This document shows positions 50,852 to 64,000 of a stretch of 64,000 nucleotides of DNA, piece by piece. The DNA is taken from assembly GCA_052327205.1 (NCBI GenBank), contig CM126216.1, positions 86,304,001 through 86,368,000 on the forward strand, in the 5' to 3' direction. The notes under the pieces are model-generated. The model had not been told where the DNA came from. It saw nothing but the letters and a program-made list of their open reading frames with translations, and made no database searches. The translations under genes were made by a program, and so were the position numbers. Every line of letters starts with the position of its first letter. The stretch's first letter is position 1. The stretch comes from Somniosus microcephalus (lineage: Eukaryota).

Positions 50852-52561
50852 CGCACGTATATGTCGGTTTATTAAAAAAAAACTTGTGTGATTTTATGTT
50901 TAGGCAAGTCTGAAAAGGGAGACAGTTAGCGAGGGCCAACATGTCTCGCTCGCCTGTCTAATGATCTTTTGGGTGCACACGCTTGCTCTTTGGGACAATT
51001 ATGAAACATGCAACATCGTAGCAAACCAGTATAACTACTGAAATGAACAACGCCTAGGTGTATGTGTGTGTGTATGTCAAAATAACTTGTTATATTGTAG
51101 CGAGAAATCTAATTGTTTGAAACTGTTCAATGGTTCACGTTAAAATCAACAATTCACACTTGTGAGCACGGGACAGGCGACGCTTATTTTCGATTGTGTT
51201 GTCTTCCAGATGGTAACTGAATCTCGGGATTCTGTTGTTCAAAAATCGCTCACTTCTGGCTTCAGAAAGCCACGCTGAAATTAAAGCTCTCAACTGTCAC
51301 TATTCATACACTGTATAACACCAACACTCCTCCGGGAAGCTGTTGTGTAACAAATTATATGCTGCATTTATGTGTAGTTTGTTTAACAGGACAGATCAGA
51401 TTATATATGCAATACTATAAAATCCGGAACGGAGGTGCAATCATGCAGTTATACAGCCTAGTCATGCATAAATTGTGGCAGTCAGAAGAATATGCTCTAT
51501 TAAATTAACGTTTCAAATATCTGCTTTGCACGCAACATACGAAGTAAATGACATTCAAACAAAAATTCTATATTTAACTTCATTTTCTTTCAATATTTAA
51601 CTCTGCTCCACCTTGTACATTTTATGTACTTTACCTAAAATATTAAAGCAGTGTCGACTGACCTTAATCTGATCTACAATTGTATTAGAAATGGTTGCTT
51701 TTGTGTGTGTAAATCAAGCACTTGCACACAAGTTTTTTTTTGGTGGGGGGGGGGGGGGAGAAAGAGAGTGATTAGAGTACAGCACTAGGAATTATTGAGT
51801 TGACACGTGTAGATGTCTTACAAGTCATTTGACGTTTGAATACTGTGGTATTTGGGGTTTCTGTGACAAGTTGACCTCCAATGAGAGTTGTGAATAGAGG
51901 TCCCAACAGCAGAAAAATGCACTGGAGCATTTCAGTTTATTTCATAGGTCCCAATGCCTTTTAGAGAGCTGCTGTAGAACAAAGGAATGATTCAGATGTC
52001 CCACGTCCTTTACTAAAGTGGCATTTTTGATTTTGTAAGAGGATGTGTAGGTTGGGAGAATGTTTTTTGTACAATATGGATCAAGGAGCAGTGCAAAATT
52101 AGCACTACTGGTTTTCACTCCATCTTTTAAGACCAAATGGCAGTTTCATAAATTAAGTAAATCTCTTAAACTTTTTTTTTTAAACTGCTGAGTTGCACCA
52201 AACAAACAGTATATTTGGACATGTACAACTACTCATTTGATTGGTATGGAGCATTTTAAGGCATCGCTGTCCCTGTTTTTATATAAAAAAAAAGTAAACA
52301 TCTAGGGCTGGTGATAAAATCATAGATTTCAGCAAGCAGAAAAATGAAGCCTTTATTGTCATGGTCCAGCTTCAACAAATAAAACTGTAATGGTTTCTCC
52401 TGTAACCATAGTTTATGGTATGAAAGGGAGCACCATTTGGTTAGGGTCTCCCCTTCAGAATATTGTCTGTAGGCTAGCAACTTTGTAATCTGCGATTGAC
52501 CGGTAACCTTGCAAATTTGATAAAAGTAGACTGTGCGCTTTGGTTATAACTTAAACTCTAT

Positions 52562-52712
52562 GGGAGTAATTTTCACCTTCACTGCTTGGGTGGTAACCTG
52601 GCAGAGTGGGTAACTACGCGTTGTAGAAGCCACCTGCAAATCGAGCGGATTCTACAATTGAGCTATCTGTTTTGCCAGATTACCACCCAGGCAGCAAAGG
52701 GGAAAATTATCC
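52562..52712. repeat. Palindromic MITE-like element
   Basis: Arms gggagtaattttcaccttcactgcttgggtggtaacctggcaga / ttttgccagattaccacccaggcagcaaaggggaaaattatcc. Confidence 0.65.
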
Positions 52713-54839
52713 TCTGTGCCTATCCCTTCCGGCCTTTATTCGCAACTGCTCAGTTCCTTTAAAATTAAGAACTGTTTGAAGTTGGAAGAAATCAAAAACA
52801 TTTTGTGTTTACCTTTGCACAGTTGTGAAGTCATGTGGTTTTTAACCTCAATCAAAACTGATGTACTGGCTGATTTTACAGTTAAAAGGAGTTTAAAAAA
52901 AACTTCTCGATTCCACATGCCATCTCATTTTACATGATCAGCAAATGACTAGATCATTTTCATTTACACTTTTACACCTAGTCTTTCTTTGCAGCCTTCC
53001 CTCATTGTAAGATTTCTACTCTAACAGAATTATCCATAACTTAAGTCTTTGAACCAATCTTTTCAACCAGTATCACTTAATTAGGCTGAATTCTGATTCA
53101 GGAAATGTGCATTGTGTATTTATAGTGCATGTCCATCTAAGTTTAACAGTAAGACTTGTTTAAGATCACATTGTAGATAATTCATGATTCGTTAAAATTT
53201 AGGCATTGCACAGCACAGTTGTGATAAGCAGATATTTAGATTAATGTTGGCTCAGAATTACATTTTATAAATACATATCCTTAATGGTTAGTTAGGAAAA
53301 AGTATAATAAATAACAAGTGGGATTCAAATTCAGAGCTTCATGTGACATAAATATGCATTAAATGAGTGTTCGCAAAAGTCATGCAAATGCTGTAGCTTC
53401 TGAAGGCATCTGCAGTCTCCAGATCCCCAACCTATTTACTAGGTTTCTCCGGAACCCTGTCCTGATTTCAACACAATTGCTGCTGATTTTTTCTTTCACA
53501 ATCAAATCTGATGATAAATATGATTAAGTACATGGATGTGGCTGAGATGTTCATAACTTAAAATCATATTTTTATCTGCAAGATCAGTGGCATGAATATT
53601 TTAAGAGTAGCTTCTCATGTCAGATGATGGCTTGAGTTTCTAGTTGCGTCTGTATACAAGTAAGGCAAAACTGACTTGGCCCACAACCTTTTAATTAAGA
53701 AAAAGCAGTTCATGAAATGAATGTTTTAGTCTATCTAACTGAACTACCTAGATTTATTTTATATAGCAGGATAACTGTTCCCTTCTTAACCTGCCAAGTA
53801 ATGAAAGTAAGAGTGTCATCATAATGCTAAATTAAAGCCATGCAACCTCTCTGTATCGAAGCTGTTTAAAAACTTTTGTATTTTGCATCTGAAAACTAGC
53901 ATTTTGCTAGAGAATAAAAACAGTGGCACCTTGCAAAATGTTCTTGGAAAATCCAAGTTCAATGCTATCAGTTGCTTTTAGAGGCCATTGTGGCATCTGA
54001 TGATCAGGAACAGTGCATTCATGTTTTTTTTTAAAAAAAGTTAAAATGTGGGGACACCCAAGATGTATTTGATTAAGTGTGTTTTCTAATACTATCTGCA
54101 AAATCTCTTGCCATAAACCATTTCTGTGCAATGTTATACCATTAAGATTAAAACACAATACTTGATTACATTTGCTAGAATTCTGTTAGAGCAACAATTT
54201 ACATTTATTCAGTGCCACTAATGTAGGAAATAAAACAGAAGCAGAATCAAAAGAAAAATGAATGCCTAGCTAAAGAAGGAGATACTGGGGGTGACCAAAA
54301 GCCTGGTCAAAGATGGATTTTAGGCGGCCGAAGGCACAACCACCAAAGGGGGAGGCTGGGGCGGATGTCCAAGAGGCCACAGTCACAGGACAGTAGGATT
54401 CAGGGAGGAGGCTACAGAGTTAGGAGTGGATGAGACCATAAAGAGATTTAAAGGCAAGGGTGAGTTTCCCATGTAGGTCAAGGTTTTTAAAAAATGTATT
54501 CATTGGATGTGGGCCTTACTGGCAAGGCCAGCATTTATTGCCCATCCCTATTTGCCCTCGAAGGTGGTGGTGAGCCACCGCCTTGAACCGCTGTTTTTTT
54601 TGGTGTGGTTTGCTGGGCTATCTGAGGGCAGCTAAGAGTCCACCACATGTGGTCCTGGAGTACACACATAACCAGATGGGTTTTTATGACAATCTGATAG
54701 TTTCATGGTCACCTAACTAACGCTAGATTTGTTTAATTGACTTCAAATTCCCGAGCTGCCATGGTGGGATTTGAACTCGTGTCTCTGGATTACTAGTCCA
54801 ATAACATAACCACTAAGCTACCCTTCCCTGGGGCTTGGA

Positions 54840-55200
54840 TAGGGAAACCGTTTTGCATGAGCTGGAGTTTAGGGAGGGTAGAGGATGTGAGGACAGTTAT
54901 GAGAATAGTGGAATGTTTGACTTTGGAGGTAACAAAAGGATGAGTGAGGGTTTCAGCAGCAGCTGGATTAAGGTAGGGGTGGAGGCGGGCGATCTTTTTA
55001 ATGGAGAGGGTCTGTGATCGGAAGCTCAGTGCGGGGCCGAGAGTGCAAACTGTCTGGTTCGACCTGAAACTGGCTGGGGAGGAGGATGGAATCGGTGGAA
55101 AGGATAGGCACTCTGGTGGGGGGCTGAAGGCAATGGCTTCAATCTTCCAATATATAACTGGAGGAAATTGTGGTTCATCCAAGACTGGATGTTGGACAAA
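54840..55200 (-). mobile_element. L2 LINE fragment
   Basis: IARLHPYLNPAAAETLTHPFVTSK...LPKLQLMQN in ORF 54793..55182. Confidence 0.7.
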
Positions 55201-55884
55201 ATGACTCTCTGAAGTATTTAGATTATGATGAGGTTAAGTTAATTTTTTTATTTAAAACATTGAATTATTAAGTCCTTTTTTATAATGTAACAAATGGCCT
55301 ATAGTGTTTAGAAATGCTGAATATTTACATCAGTCAATTTTATTAGCAAATGCATTTTACTATCCTATTCTCAGTGAACGGTTGCACATGAATCTGTTAC
55401 ACTCTTCAAACTGTTAAACATATGCCCATAATAATTTGGAAGAAAGGGACGCAGCCCAATTCCAAAAAATTTGTTTGTGTGTAAGTTTAGGATGTTTAAG
55501 GGTTAGCTTTGATAAAGCATTGGTTAGGTTTTGAAATGTAAAAGATATCAACTAGCACTGAATTTAATTTTTAAGCAGGATTTGGTCTTATTGGAATTTC
55601 TTGGGATTTTTGCTACCATGAAAGTTAAAAAAGTTGATGCAGTCCCTTAATACCACCAACAGAGGAACCAAACAGAAAAATCTATGCATTACTAGATCTT
55701 GTTTGAGCAAACCAAGTCCTACACACAACAGGTGTTATGTTGGTGTTCCTGCACTGCTTTTAGTGGAAGCCAAATTGAGATGATTTTAATACTGGGAGCC
55801 CTAGAGCAATGATGTGAAGCAATGTGACACCAGAGGATTAGTTATGATATTGCTCCTTCAAACAGGTAGCATGATGAGGGGTAA

Positions 55885-56599
55885 GGGCCTGGATTTTGTG
55901 GTCAGCGGCGAAGGGACGGCACTCGCGCTGCCCACAAAGATTTAGCGGGCTCTGGAGTGTAGATTTTCTCTTTTCTGACATCCGATTCAATTTGGCGCCT
56001 TCTGCAGGAGATCTGTGATGTCCAGCAGCAGGCAGGCTAATCAGCCAATCAGATTGAAGAATTCTCACACCGCAAAGCAGGAAATAAAAAGCAGGGAATA
56101 TAAATCACATTTAAATCATTGTACAGAAAGTGACATAAAGATTAGGACATACACAGGAGAAACGTAAACATCAGAACAAAAACTTAAATTGTCTTTTAAA
56201 AATCTTCTATTTTTAAATGTTCTGATGGAATGAGACTCCACACTTGTAAAATTAGTTTTTCAGGGACAGAAAGGTTGTTCAGCAGTGATTATGACTTATT
56301 ACGCCATTAAAAACTGAGTTACTCCTGATTGAACAAGGCTGATAATTAACATTGGTTTTTACATCACAAATGGCGTGTAGATAGTTGAAGTTCACGACAA
56401 ATGAGTGATTTCTAATGATTCCATCTGCGAAGACTGCAGCAACGCGCCCTGTGGAGGAGCAGGGTATCATTGACGGCAACTTCTGGATTGCCACGTTTAA
56501 CTGTGCATGTGCGGATGCCAGAAGTTACTGTCAGTTTTACACCGTAATAACGGTGAGCGCTGAATGCCTCGCTGTTACTACTACAGCAAATTTCGGGCC
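55885..56599. mobile_element. Non-autonomous DNA transposon, Harbinger-like
   Basis: taa|gggcctggattttgtggt ... ctacagcaaatttcgggcc imperfect TIRs; internal sequence recurs inverted at 63485-64000. Confidence 0.6.
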
Positions 56600-57274
56600 A
56601 ATGTCTTTTTAAGCCGTTAAAATCCTCCTATTTCTGTTGAGGTTATTCTGTATCTTTTAAAGCAAAACAACGGCGTGGGCTTTCCTGTACTGAAATTCTC
56701 ATAATTTTGTAAGAATAAAAATGAATGCTGGAAGATTTCAGTAAAAGAAAGATATTTTTAAATATGAGTATCTTTGGCTTAGTATCTTCATACGTGGGTC
56801 AAAATTATTTGAGAGAATTTGTTCCCCATTAGGTCTCTGTCCCTATTGGCCTCTATGCACCATTGCCTGATTGAGAGCAATTCAACTTGCTCCTGGGATT
56901 GTCAGTGTGTTAGTTGAGGTAGCTGCTTGTCAGTATGAGTATGCATTGAGGTGACTTGCCTTCTGAGTGTTCCTTCCAGATCTGTAAGGAAGTAACTGGC
57001 CTCCAGTCCTCAATTCCCTCTGACCCCATAGCTCAGATTGGTATGTCATAGTTGACAAAGCACAGGCTTAAGCAAATGTTATGCCACACGGTGGATAGTG
57101 CATATGTATGTATACCAGCACTCTTAACATTACAAAAGAATTATTCTACCATGTATCATAAAACGTAATATTTTAAGAAAAGTTTATTGCATGTGGATTC
57201 CCCCCCCCGAACTCTTGTGCTCTTTTCCTACCCTCACTCACTCTTTTTCTCCCCCCCCCCCCCCCCCCCACCTC

Positions 57275-57445
57275 CATATTTATCCCTCAATCAGCATCAC
57301 AAACAGATTCTCTGGTCATCATCACATTGCTATTTGTGGGAGCTTGCTGTGCGCAACTTGGCTGCCGCGTTTCCAACATTACAATAGTGACTATACTTCA
57401 AAAATACTTAATTGGCTGTAAAGTGTGCTATATAAATGCAAGTCA
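57275..57445 (+). mobile_element. 3' part of a Deu-domain SINE with L2-like tail
   Basis: atatttatccctcaatcagcatcac...ttgctatttgtgggagcttgctgtgcgc...gctatataaatgcaagt. Confidence 0.6.
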
Positions 57446-58892
57446 TTCTTTTATTCGTTCCTGGGATGTGGGTGTCGCTGGCAAAGCCAGCATTTATTGC
57501 CCATCCCTAATTGCCCTTGAGAAGAAGAGGTGAGCTGCCATTTCAGAGGGCAGTTAAGAGTCAACCACATTGCTGTGGGTCTGGAGTCACATATAGGCCA
57601 GACCAGGTAAGGACGGCAGATTTCCTTCCCTAAAGGACATTAGTGAACCAGATAGATTCCCTAGCTTTTATTTTTTAACTGAATTTAAATTCCCCAGGGA
57701 TTTGAACTCATGTCTGCAGATCATTAGGCCTCTGGATTGCTGGACTAGTAATCCAATCACTATGCTACCGTACCCTATGGCTGTTATGTCATCAGATATT
57801 CCTGTTATCTGAAGACTGATAACATTGAGAGGCTGATTACCTCACCTAAGTATTCATTTGAATTGCACAAGTATTATTTATCTAAGGATCTATGTGATAA
57901 AATTCCAATGCTTGAAAAGGACAAAATAAACTTGGACATTAGCAATCACAGTTTTGCTGTTGCTGATTACAAACAAAGTTTTAAATTGGACCCTGTGGGT
58001 TTCTTGTTCAAGGTTAGAGTGCTCAAAACTATTAAGCACTAAAAGTGCTTAAAACTATTCTTTATAATTGGCTCAGTACTGTAGGTAATTAACAGATAAA
58101 AGATCTGTTTTTATGTGGTGATTGTTCCTGGGTTGAAGGTACAATTATATTTTACTAGAATTTGTAAATTAGTAACCTGTGCCAGTTAAGTGCACGTGTC
58201 CTGTCTTGCCAAATTGACAGTGGCTGTGATAACTAAAGAGTGAAATGTCTCTGATGACTTTCATATAATTGAACTGAAAGTCTATTACCCAAAACCATGT
58301 AGATAGGCTCCTGGTATGCAGGATGCGTTTAGGATCGAGGAAGTGTTCAATGCGTTCTCATAATTAAAAAAAACAAGCATATTAGTTGATCAATAGCACT
58401 TTTTCTCTTGTTCATTTTGATTTTAAATTCTTTCAATCTTATAGAAGTGACCAGGGCAGCAGAGTGGAAACACTTCAGGTAGTACAGTGCATCAGAGACT
58501 TGGATCTGTTTGCAGACTTTGATTCGGGCATGCTCCCAAATTCTGCAGCAGATTTATTTATTTAATATAAAACTTGGTTTAAATTTCTACCTCAGACTTA
58601 CATAGTTATATTTTAAAATATTATACATTACAGGTGAACAGAGATCTGATGTTTACTTTAGTTCCATGTTTCGTAAATCAGGAGAAGTATCGCAAGGCAG
58701 TTGAAGTGGAGAAGTTGCCTGTATGTAGTGCATATATGTAATACTCTCGTTTAATTTATGTATATGCTCTTGTAGAATTTATAACGTTGTTTAGATGACC
58801 AGTGAGATACAGAGCTAGAAAATTAAGGAAGTGTGTTGTAGAAAATAAGTGAAAGCTATTTTAATTACATAAAATATTTAAACACCCTTATA

Positions 58893-59033
58893 GTGTCAGT
58901 GGTAGCACTCTTATCTGAGTCAGAAGCTCATGGGTTCAAGCCCCACTCCAGAGACTTGAGCACATAATCTAGGCTGGTTCTTAAGTGCAGTACTGAGTTA
59001 ATGCTGCACTGTCAGAGGTACTGTCTTTCAGAT
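58893..59033 (+). mobile_element. tRNA-derived Deu-domain SINE, 5' half (3' half resumes at ~63359-63480)
   Basis: A/B-box-like head (tcagtggtagcact...gggttcaagcccc) then tgcagtactgag...gtctttcagat; continues gacgttaaagcgaggccctgtctgccctc after the CR1. Confidence 0.75.
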
Positions 59034-62000
59034 AACATAGAAACATAGAAGATAGGAGCAGGAGTAGGCCATTCGAGCCTGCTCCGCCATTCAGTGAGAT
59101 CATGGCTGATCATCCAAATTCAGTACCCTGTCCCTGCCTTCTCCCCATATCCCTTGATCCCTTTAGCCTCAAGAAATATATCCAACTCTTTCTTGAATAT
59201 ATTTAATGAACTGGCCTCCACCGCCCTCTGTGCCAGAGAATTCCACAGGTTCACCACTCTCTGGGTGAAGAAATTCCTCCTCATTTCAGTCCTAAATGGC
59301 TTACCCCTTATCCTTAGACTATGACCCCTGGTTCTGGACTCCCCGGCCATCGGAAACATCCTTTCTGCATCTAGTCTGTCCAGACCTGACAGAATTTTAT
59401 AGGTTTCGATGAGATCCCCTCTCAATCTTCTAAACTCCAGTGAGTATAAGCCCAATCGACACAATCTCTCCTTGTACATCATTCCTGCCATCCCAGGTAT
59501 CAGCCTGGTGAATCTTCACTGCACTCCCTTCATGGCAAGAACGTCCTTCCTCAGGTAAGGTGACCAAAACTGCACACAATACTCAAGGTGCGGTCTCACC
59601 AAGGCCCTGTACAACTGCAGCAAGACATCCTTGTTCCTGTACTCTCGAACCCTCTTGCTACGAAGGCCAACATACCATTTGCCTTCTTAACCGCCTGCTG
59701 CACCTGCATGCTTACCTTCAGCGACTGGTGCACAATAACACCCAGGTCTCTCTGCACTTCCCCCTTCTCCCAATCTATTGCCATTCAAATAATAATCTGC
59801 CTTCCTGTTTTTGACACCAAAGTGGATAACCTCACATTTATCCACATTATAGTGCATTTGCCATGTTTCTGTACAATCACCCAACCTGTACAAATCGTAC
59901 TGGAGTTTCACGACATCCTCCTCACAGCTTACCCTCCCACCCAGCTGTGTGTCGTCTGCAAATTTGGAGATATTACATCCAATTCCCTCGTCCAGATCAT
60001 TAATATATATTGTGAACAGCTGGGGTCCTAGGACCGATCCTTGCGGTACCCCACTAGTCACTGCCTGCCCCTCGGAAAACGACCAGTTTATTCCAACTCT
60101 TTGCTTTCTGTCCGCCAACCAGTTCTCTATCCAAGTCAATACCTTGCCCCCAATCCCATGTGCCTTAATTTTACACGCTAATCTCTTATGTGGGACCTTA
60201 TCGAAAGCCTTCTGAAAGTCCAAATACACCACATCCACTGGGTCTCCCTTATCTATTTTACCAGTTATATTCTCAAAAAATTCCAGTAGATTAGTCCAGC
60301 ATGATTTACCTTTTGTAAACCCATGTTGACTTTGTCCGATCCTGTCGCTGCTTTCCAAGTGCTCTGCTATTACATCTTTTATAATAGACTCAAGCATTTT
60401 CCCCACTACCGATGTCAGACTTACCGGTCTATAATTCCCTGCTTTTTCTCGCCCCACTATTCAAAAGAGATGGTAAACATTAGCTGCCCTCCAATCCATG
60501 GGTACTGTTCCAGAGTCTATCGAGTTCTGGAAGATGACCAGCAATGCATCTACTATCTCTAGGGCCACTTCCTTAAGTACCCTGGGATGTAGACTATCAG
60601 GCCCTGGGGATTTATCGGCCTTCAGTCCCATCAATTTTCCTAACACCATTTCCCGACAAATACTGATTTCTTTCAGTTCCTCCCTCTGATTAGACCCTAT
60701 GTTCTCTGGCATCTCTGGGAGGTTATTTGTGTCTTCCTTTGTGAAGACAAAACCAAAGTATGTATTTAGTTGGTCTGCCATTTCCTTGTTTCCCATTATA
60801 AATTCCCCTGATTCTGACTGTAAGGGACCTACGCTTGACTTCACCAATCTTTTTCTCTTCACATATCTATAAAAGCTTTTACAGTCAGTTTTTATGTTCC
60901 CAGCTAGCTTACTCTCATATTCTATTTTCCCTTTCTTAATTAATCCCTTTGCCCTCCTTTGTTGAATCCTAAACTGCTCCCAATCCTCAGGATTATTGCT
61001 TTTTCTAGCCAATTTATATGCCCTCTCCTTGGATCTTATGCTATCCTTAATTTCCCTTGTTGGCCACGGTTGAGTCACCTTTTTTGTTTTATTTTTATGC
61101 CAAACTGGGATGAACAAATTCTGTAGCTCATCCATTCGGTCTTTGAATGTTTGCCATTGCCTATCCACCGTCAACCCTTTGAGTGCCATTCCCCAATAAA
61201 TTCCACCCAACTCGCTCCTCAGACCATCGTAGTTTCCTTTATTTAAATTGAGGACCCTTGTCTCTGAGTCAACTACTTCATTCTCCATCGCTCTGACCCA
61301 AGGGGCCTCGTACAACAAGATTGCTAATTAATCCTTTCCCGTTACATAATACCCAGTCTAAGATGGCCTGATCTCTGGTTGGTTCCTTGACATATTGGTC
61401 CAGGAAACCATCCCGTAAACACTCCAGGAATTCCTCCTCCACAGTATTGTTACTAATTTGGTTGCCCAATCTATATGTAGATTAAAGTCACCCATGATGA
61501 CTGCTGTGCCCTTATTGCACGCTTCTTTAATTTCCCTTTTAATGCCATCCCCAACCTCCGCCTTACTGTTTGGAGGTCTATATACCACTCCCACTAATGT
61601 TTTTTTCCCCTTAGTATTTCTCAATCCTACCCATACAGATTCCACATCGCCAGAGCTAATATTCTTCATTACAATTGTATTAATCCCTTCTTTAACCAGT
61701 AATGCTACCCCACCTCCCTTTCCTTTTTGCCTATCTTTCCTGAATATCGAATACCCCTGGATGTTGAGTTCCCAGTCTTGGCCATCCTTGAGCCATGTTT
61801 CCGTAATCCCAACCAAATCATATTTGTTTATCTCTATTTGCGCAGCCAACTCATCCACCTTATTACAAATGCTCCTTGCATTAAGACACAAAGCCTTCAG
61901 GCTTGTTTTTTTTAACGCTCTTAGACTTATTAGAATTATTATTTACTGTGGCCACGCTTGATTCAAACCGTTGATTTCTCTGACTTCCACTTTTGTTTTT

Positions 62001-63360
62001 CTCCTTCCTATCTTTTGCTTTTATCCCTGTTTTCCTTTCCTCTGTCTCCCTGCTCAGGTTCCCAACCCCCTGCCACTTTAGTTTAAACCCCCCCGAACAG
62101 TGCTCGCAAACCTCCCCGCAAGGATATTTGTCCCGCTCTGGTTCAGGTGCAATCCGTCCGACTTGTACAAGTCCCACCTTCCCCAGAAGCAGGCCCAGTG
62201 ATCCAGCAAACTAAAGCCCTCCCTCCTGCACCAACTCATTAGCCACGCATTCATCTGCTTTATCCTCCTATTCCTATACTCACTAGCACGTGGCACCTGG
62301 AGTAATCCAGAGATTACAACCTTTGAGGTCCTACCCTTTAATCTGCTACCTAGCTCCCTAAATTCTTGCTGCAGGACCTCATCCCTCTTCCTACCTATGT
62401 CGTTGGTCCCAATGTGAACCACGACTTCTGCTTGTTCACCCTCCCCCTTCAGGATGTCCTGCAGCCGTTCAGTGACATCCTTGACCCTGGCACCAGGGAG
62501 GCAACAAACTATCCTGGAGTCACGTCTACGGCCACAGAAACGCCTATCTGTTCCCCTTACGATAGAATCCCCTACCACTTGCTCTCCCACTCTTTTTCCT
62601 CCCTTCCTGAGCAGCAGAAGCACCCCCGGTGCCAGGAAGCTGGCTGCTGCCGCCTTCCCCTGGTGAGTCATCACCCTCAACAGTATCCAAACTGGTATAC
62701 CTGTTTGAAAGGGGGATGGCCACAGGGGTCCCCTGCACTACCTGCCTGCTTCTATTGCTCCGCCTGGTGGTCACCCATTTCCCTTGTGCTTGTGCAGCCC
62801 TACCCTGCGGCGTGACCAACTCATCAAACGTGTAATCCACGACTCACTCAACATCGTGAATGCTCCACAACCCATCCATCCGCAGCTCCAGCGCCTCCAT
62901 ACGGCCCGTTAGTAGCTGCAGCTGGATGCATTTCTGGCACACGTCGTCAGGGACACTTGCAGCGTCCCTGAATTCCCACATAGAGCAAGAGGAGCATAAC
63001 ATGGGGCTGGGCTCTCCTGGCATGACTTACCCCTTTAATTAATTTAAATTAATTCAATACCACTAGTTAAAGATATACTCTAGGGCGCTTATTTACCAAC
63101 TGTCCCCACCACACCACAGAGACCCAAGAAAATATAAACGCAGAATTTAAGCTTGTAATGTAAAGGAGAAAGAAAGAAATACTCACCAACCAATCACTTA
63201 CCCGCTTCCTGGTGATGTCACACTTGGATTACTTTTTACCTCTCTTCCCCTGCTGCTGAATTGGTACGCCTCGCCTCGCTGAATCAGCCGCCGGCTTTAA
63301 ACTCCTCAGCCACTCACTGCTCCCTCGCAGGTCCGCTCTGGTCGGGCCTCGCCTCGCTGA
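59034..63360 (-). mobile_element. Essentially full-length CR1 LINE, antisense in TTC17 intron 1, several frameshifts
   Basis: 5'UTR, ORF1 esterase (GDSIVRG, HIGTND, DGLHLN), ORF2 endonuclease (LNARSI, GITETWL, MGDFN) and RT (KFADDT), tail (aacatagaa)n on the + strand. Confidence 0.95.
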
Positions 63361-63484
63361 CGTTAAAGCGAGGCCCTGTCTGCCCTCTTGGGTGTATGTA
63401 AAAGGTCCCATGGTATTTCTTGAAGGGGATTCTCAGTATTCTGGCCAACTCTTATATCTCAACCAGTAACACTGAAAACACATT

Positions 63485-64000
63485 GGCCCAGATTTTGTGG
63501 TGGTAATGAAGGCGTTATTACCCCTCTGAAACTGACCGTAGCTTCAGGATTTAGCACATGTGCAGATAAATGTGGAAATCTTGACGTTGCAGTCAGTCAT
63601 TCACTGCTTTGGAACTCCCCATAACCGGCAATCTGAAATCAGTTGAACTGATGAAAACCTAAGCTTTTAATTACGCTGTTGAACACCCCATTAAAAGTTG
63701 AGCCTCATTGGAATAGGTGTAACTGGGGTTTTAACAGTGTATTGACAACCATTCTGGCCCTGTAAAACTAATTTATATTTATGGAATGTCTTTTTAAAAT
63801 TAAAAAAAAAATTGAGTTTGTTTGATATTTCGGCTTTTACCTTTAATCCCATGTGTATATCCTAAACTTTTATTTTGCTGTCTGTAAAATTTTTAAAAAT
63901 TGAATTGAATCGGTGCTTTTTATTTCCTGGTTTGCTGTTAGTGAGAATTTTTCAATGTGATTGGCTGCTTAGACAGCTTAATGACATCATTGCTGCTCTA
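63485..64000. mobile_element. Non-autonomous DNA transposon related to 55885-56599, opposite orientation, runs off the window
   Basis: tttatttcctggtttgc...gtgagaatttttcaatgtgattggctg is the reverse complement of 56042-56090; starts ggcccagattttgtggt. Confidence 0.6.

Noticed and set aside
58893-58960. tRNA-like sequence
   Set aside because: A/B-box-like motifs belong to a SINE head; no complete cloverleaf.

Overview
Eukaryotic vertebrate genomic DNA, most likely from a cartilaginous fish (shark). That assignment is an inference from the repeat content: abundant CR1, L2 and RTE LINEs plus Deu-domain SINEs. The window holds the last ten coding exons and long 3' UTR of API5 (+ strand, 1211-~22150). 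A ~28 kb repeat-dense intergenic region follows, then the CpG-island promoter and first coding exon of TTC17 (+ strand, 50131-50262) and the start of its intron 1. This is the same API5-TTC17 order as in mammals. The intergenic region contains a Gypsy LTR retrotransposon (31188-41558, both LTRs, 5-bp TSD) with two nested insertions. One is a solo LTR splitting the protease D-T-G motif. The other is a full-length CR1 LINE headed by a 9-unit array of 67/69-bp monomers, each with a TATA box and a consensus splice donor. A second full-length CR1 in TTC17 intron 1 shares a ~70-bp 5'UTR core with the first but has a different monomer, suggesting modular promoter exchange. I see no CRISPR array or prokaryotic system, and no convincing wholly new biological system. 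The CR1 promoter-monomer architecture is the best lead. Family assignments come from recognised motifs, not database searches.
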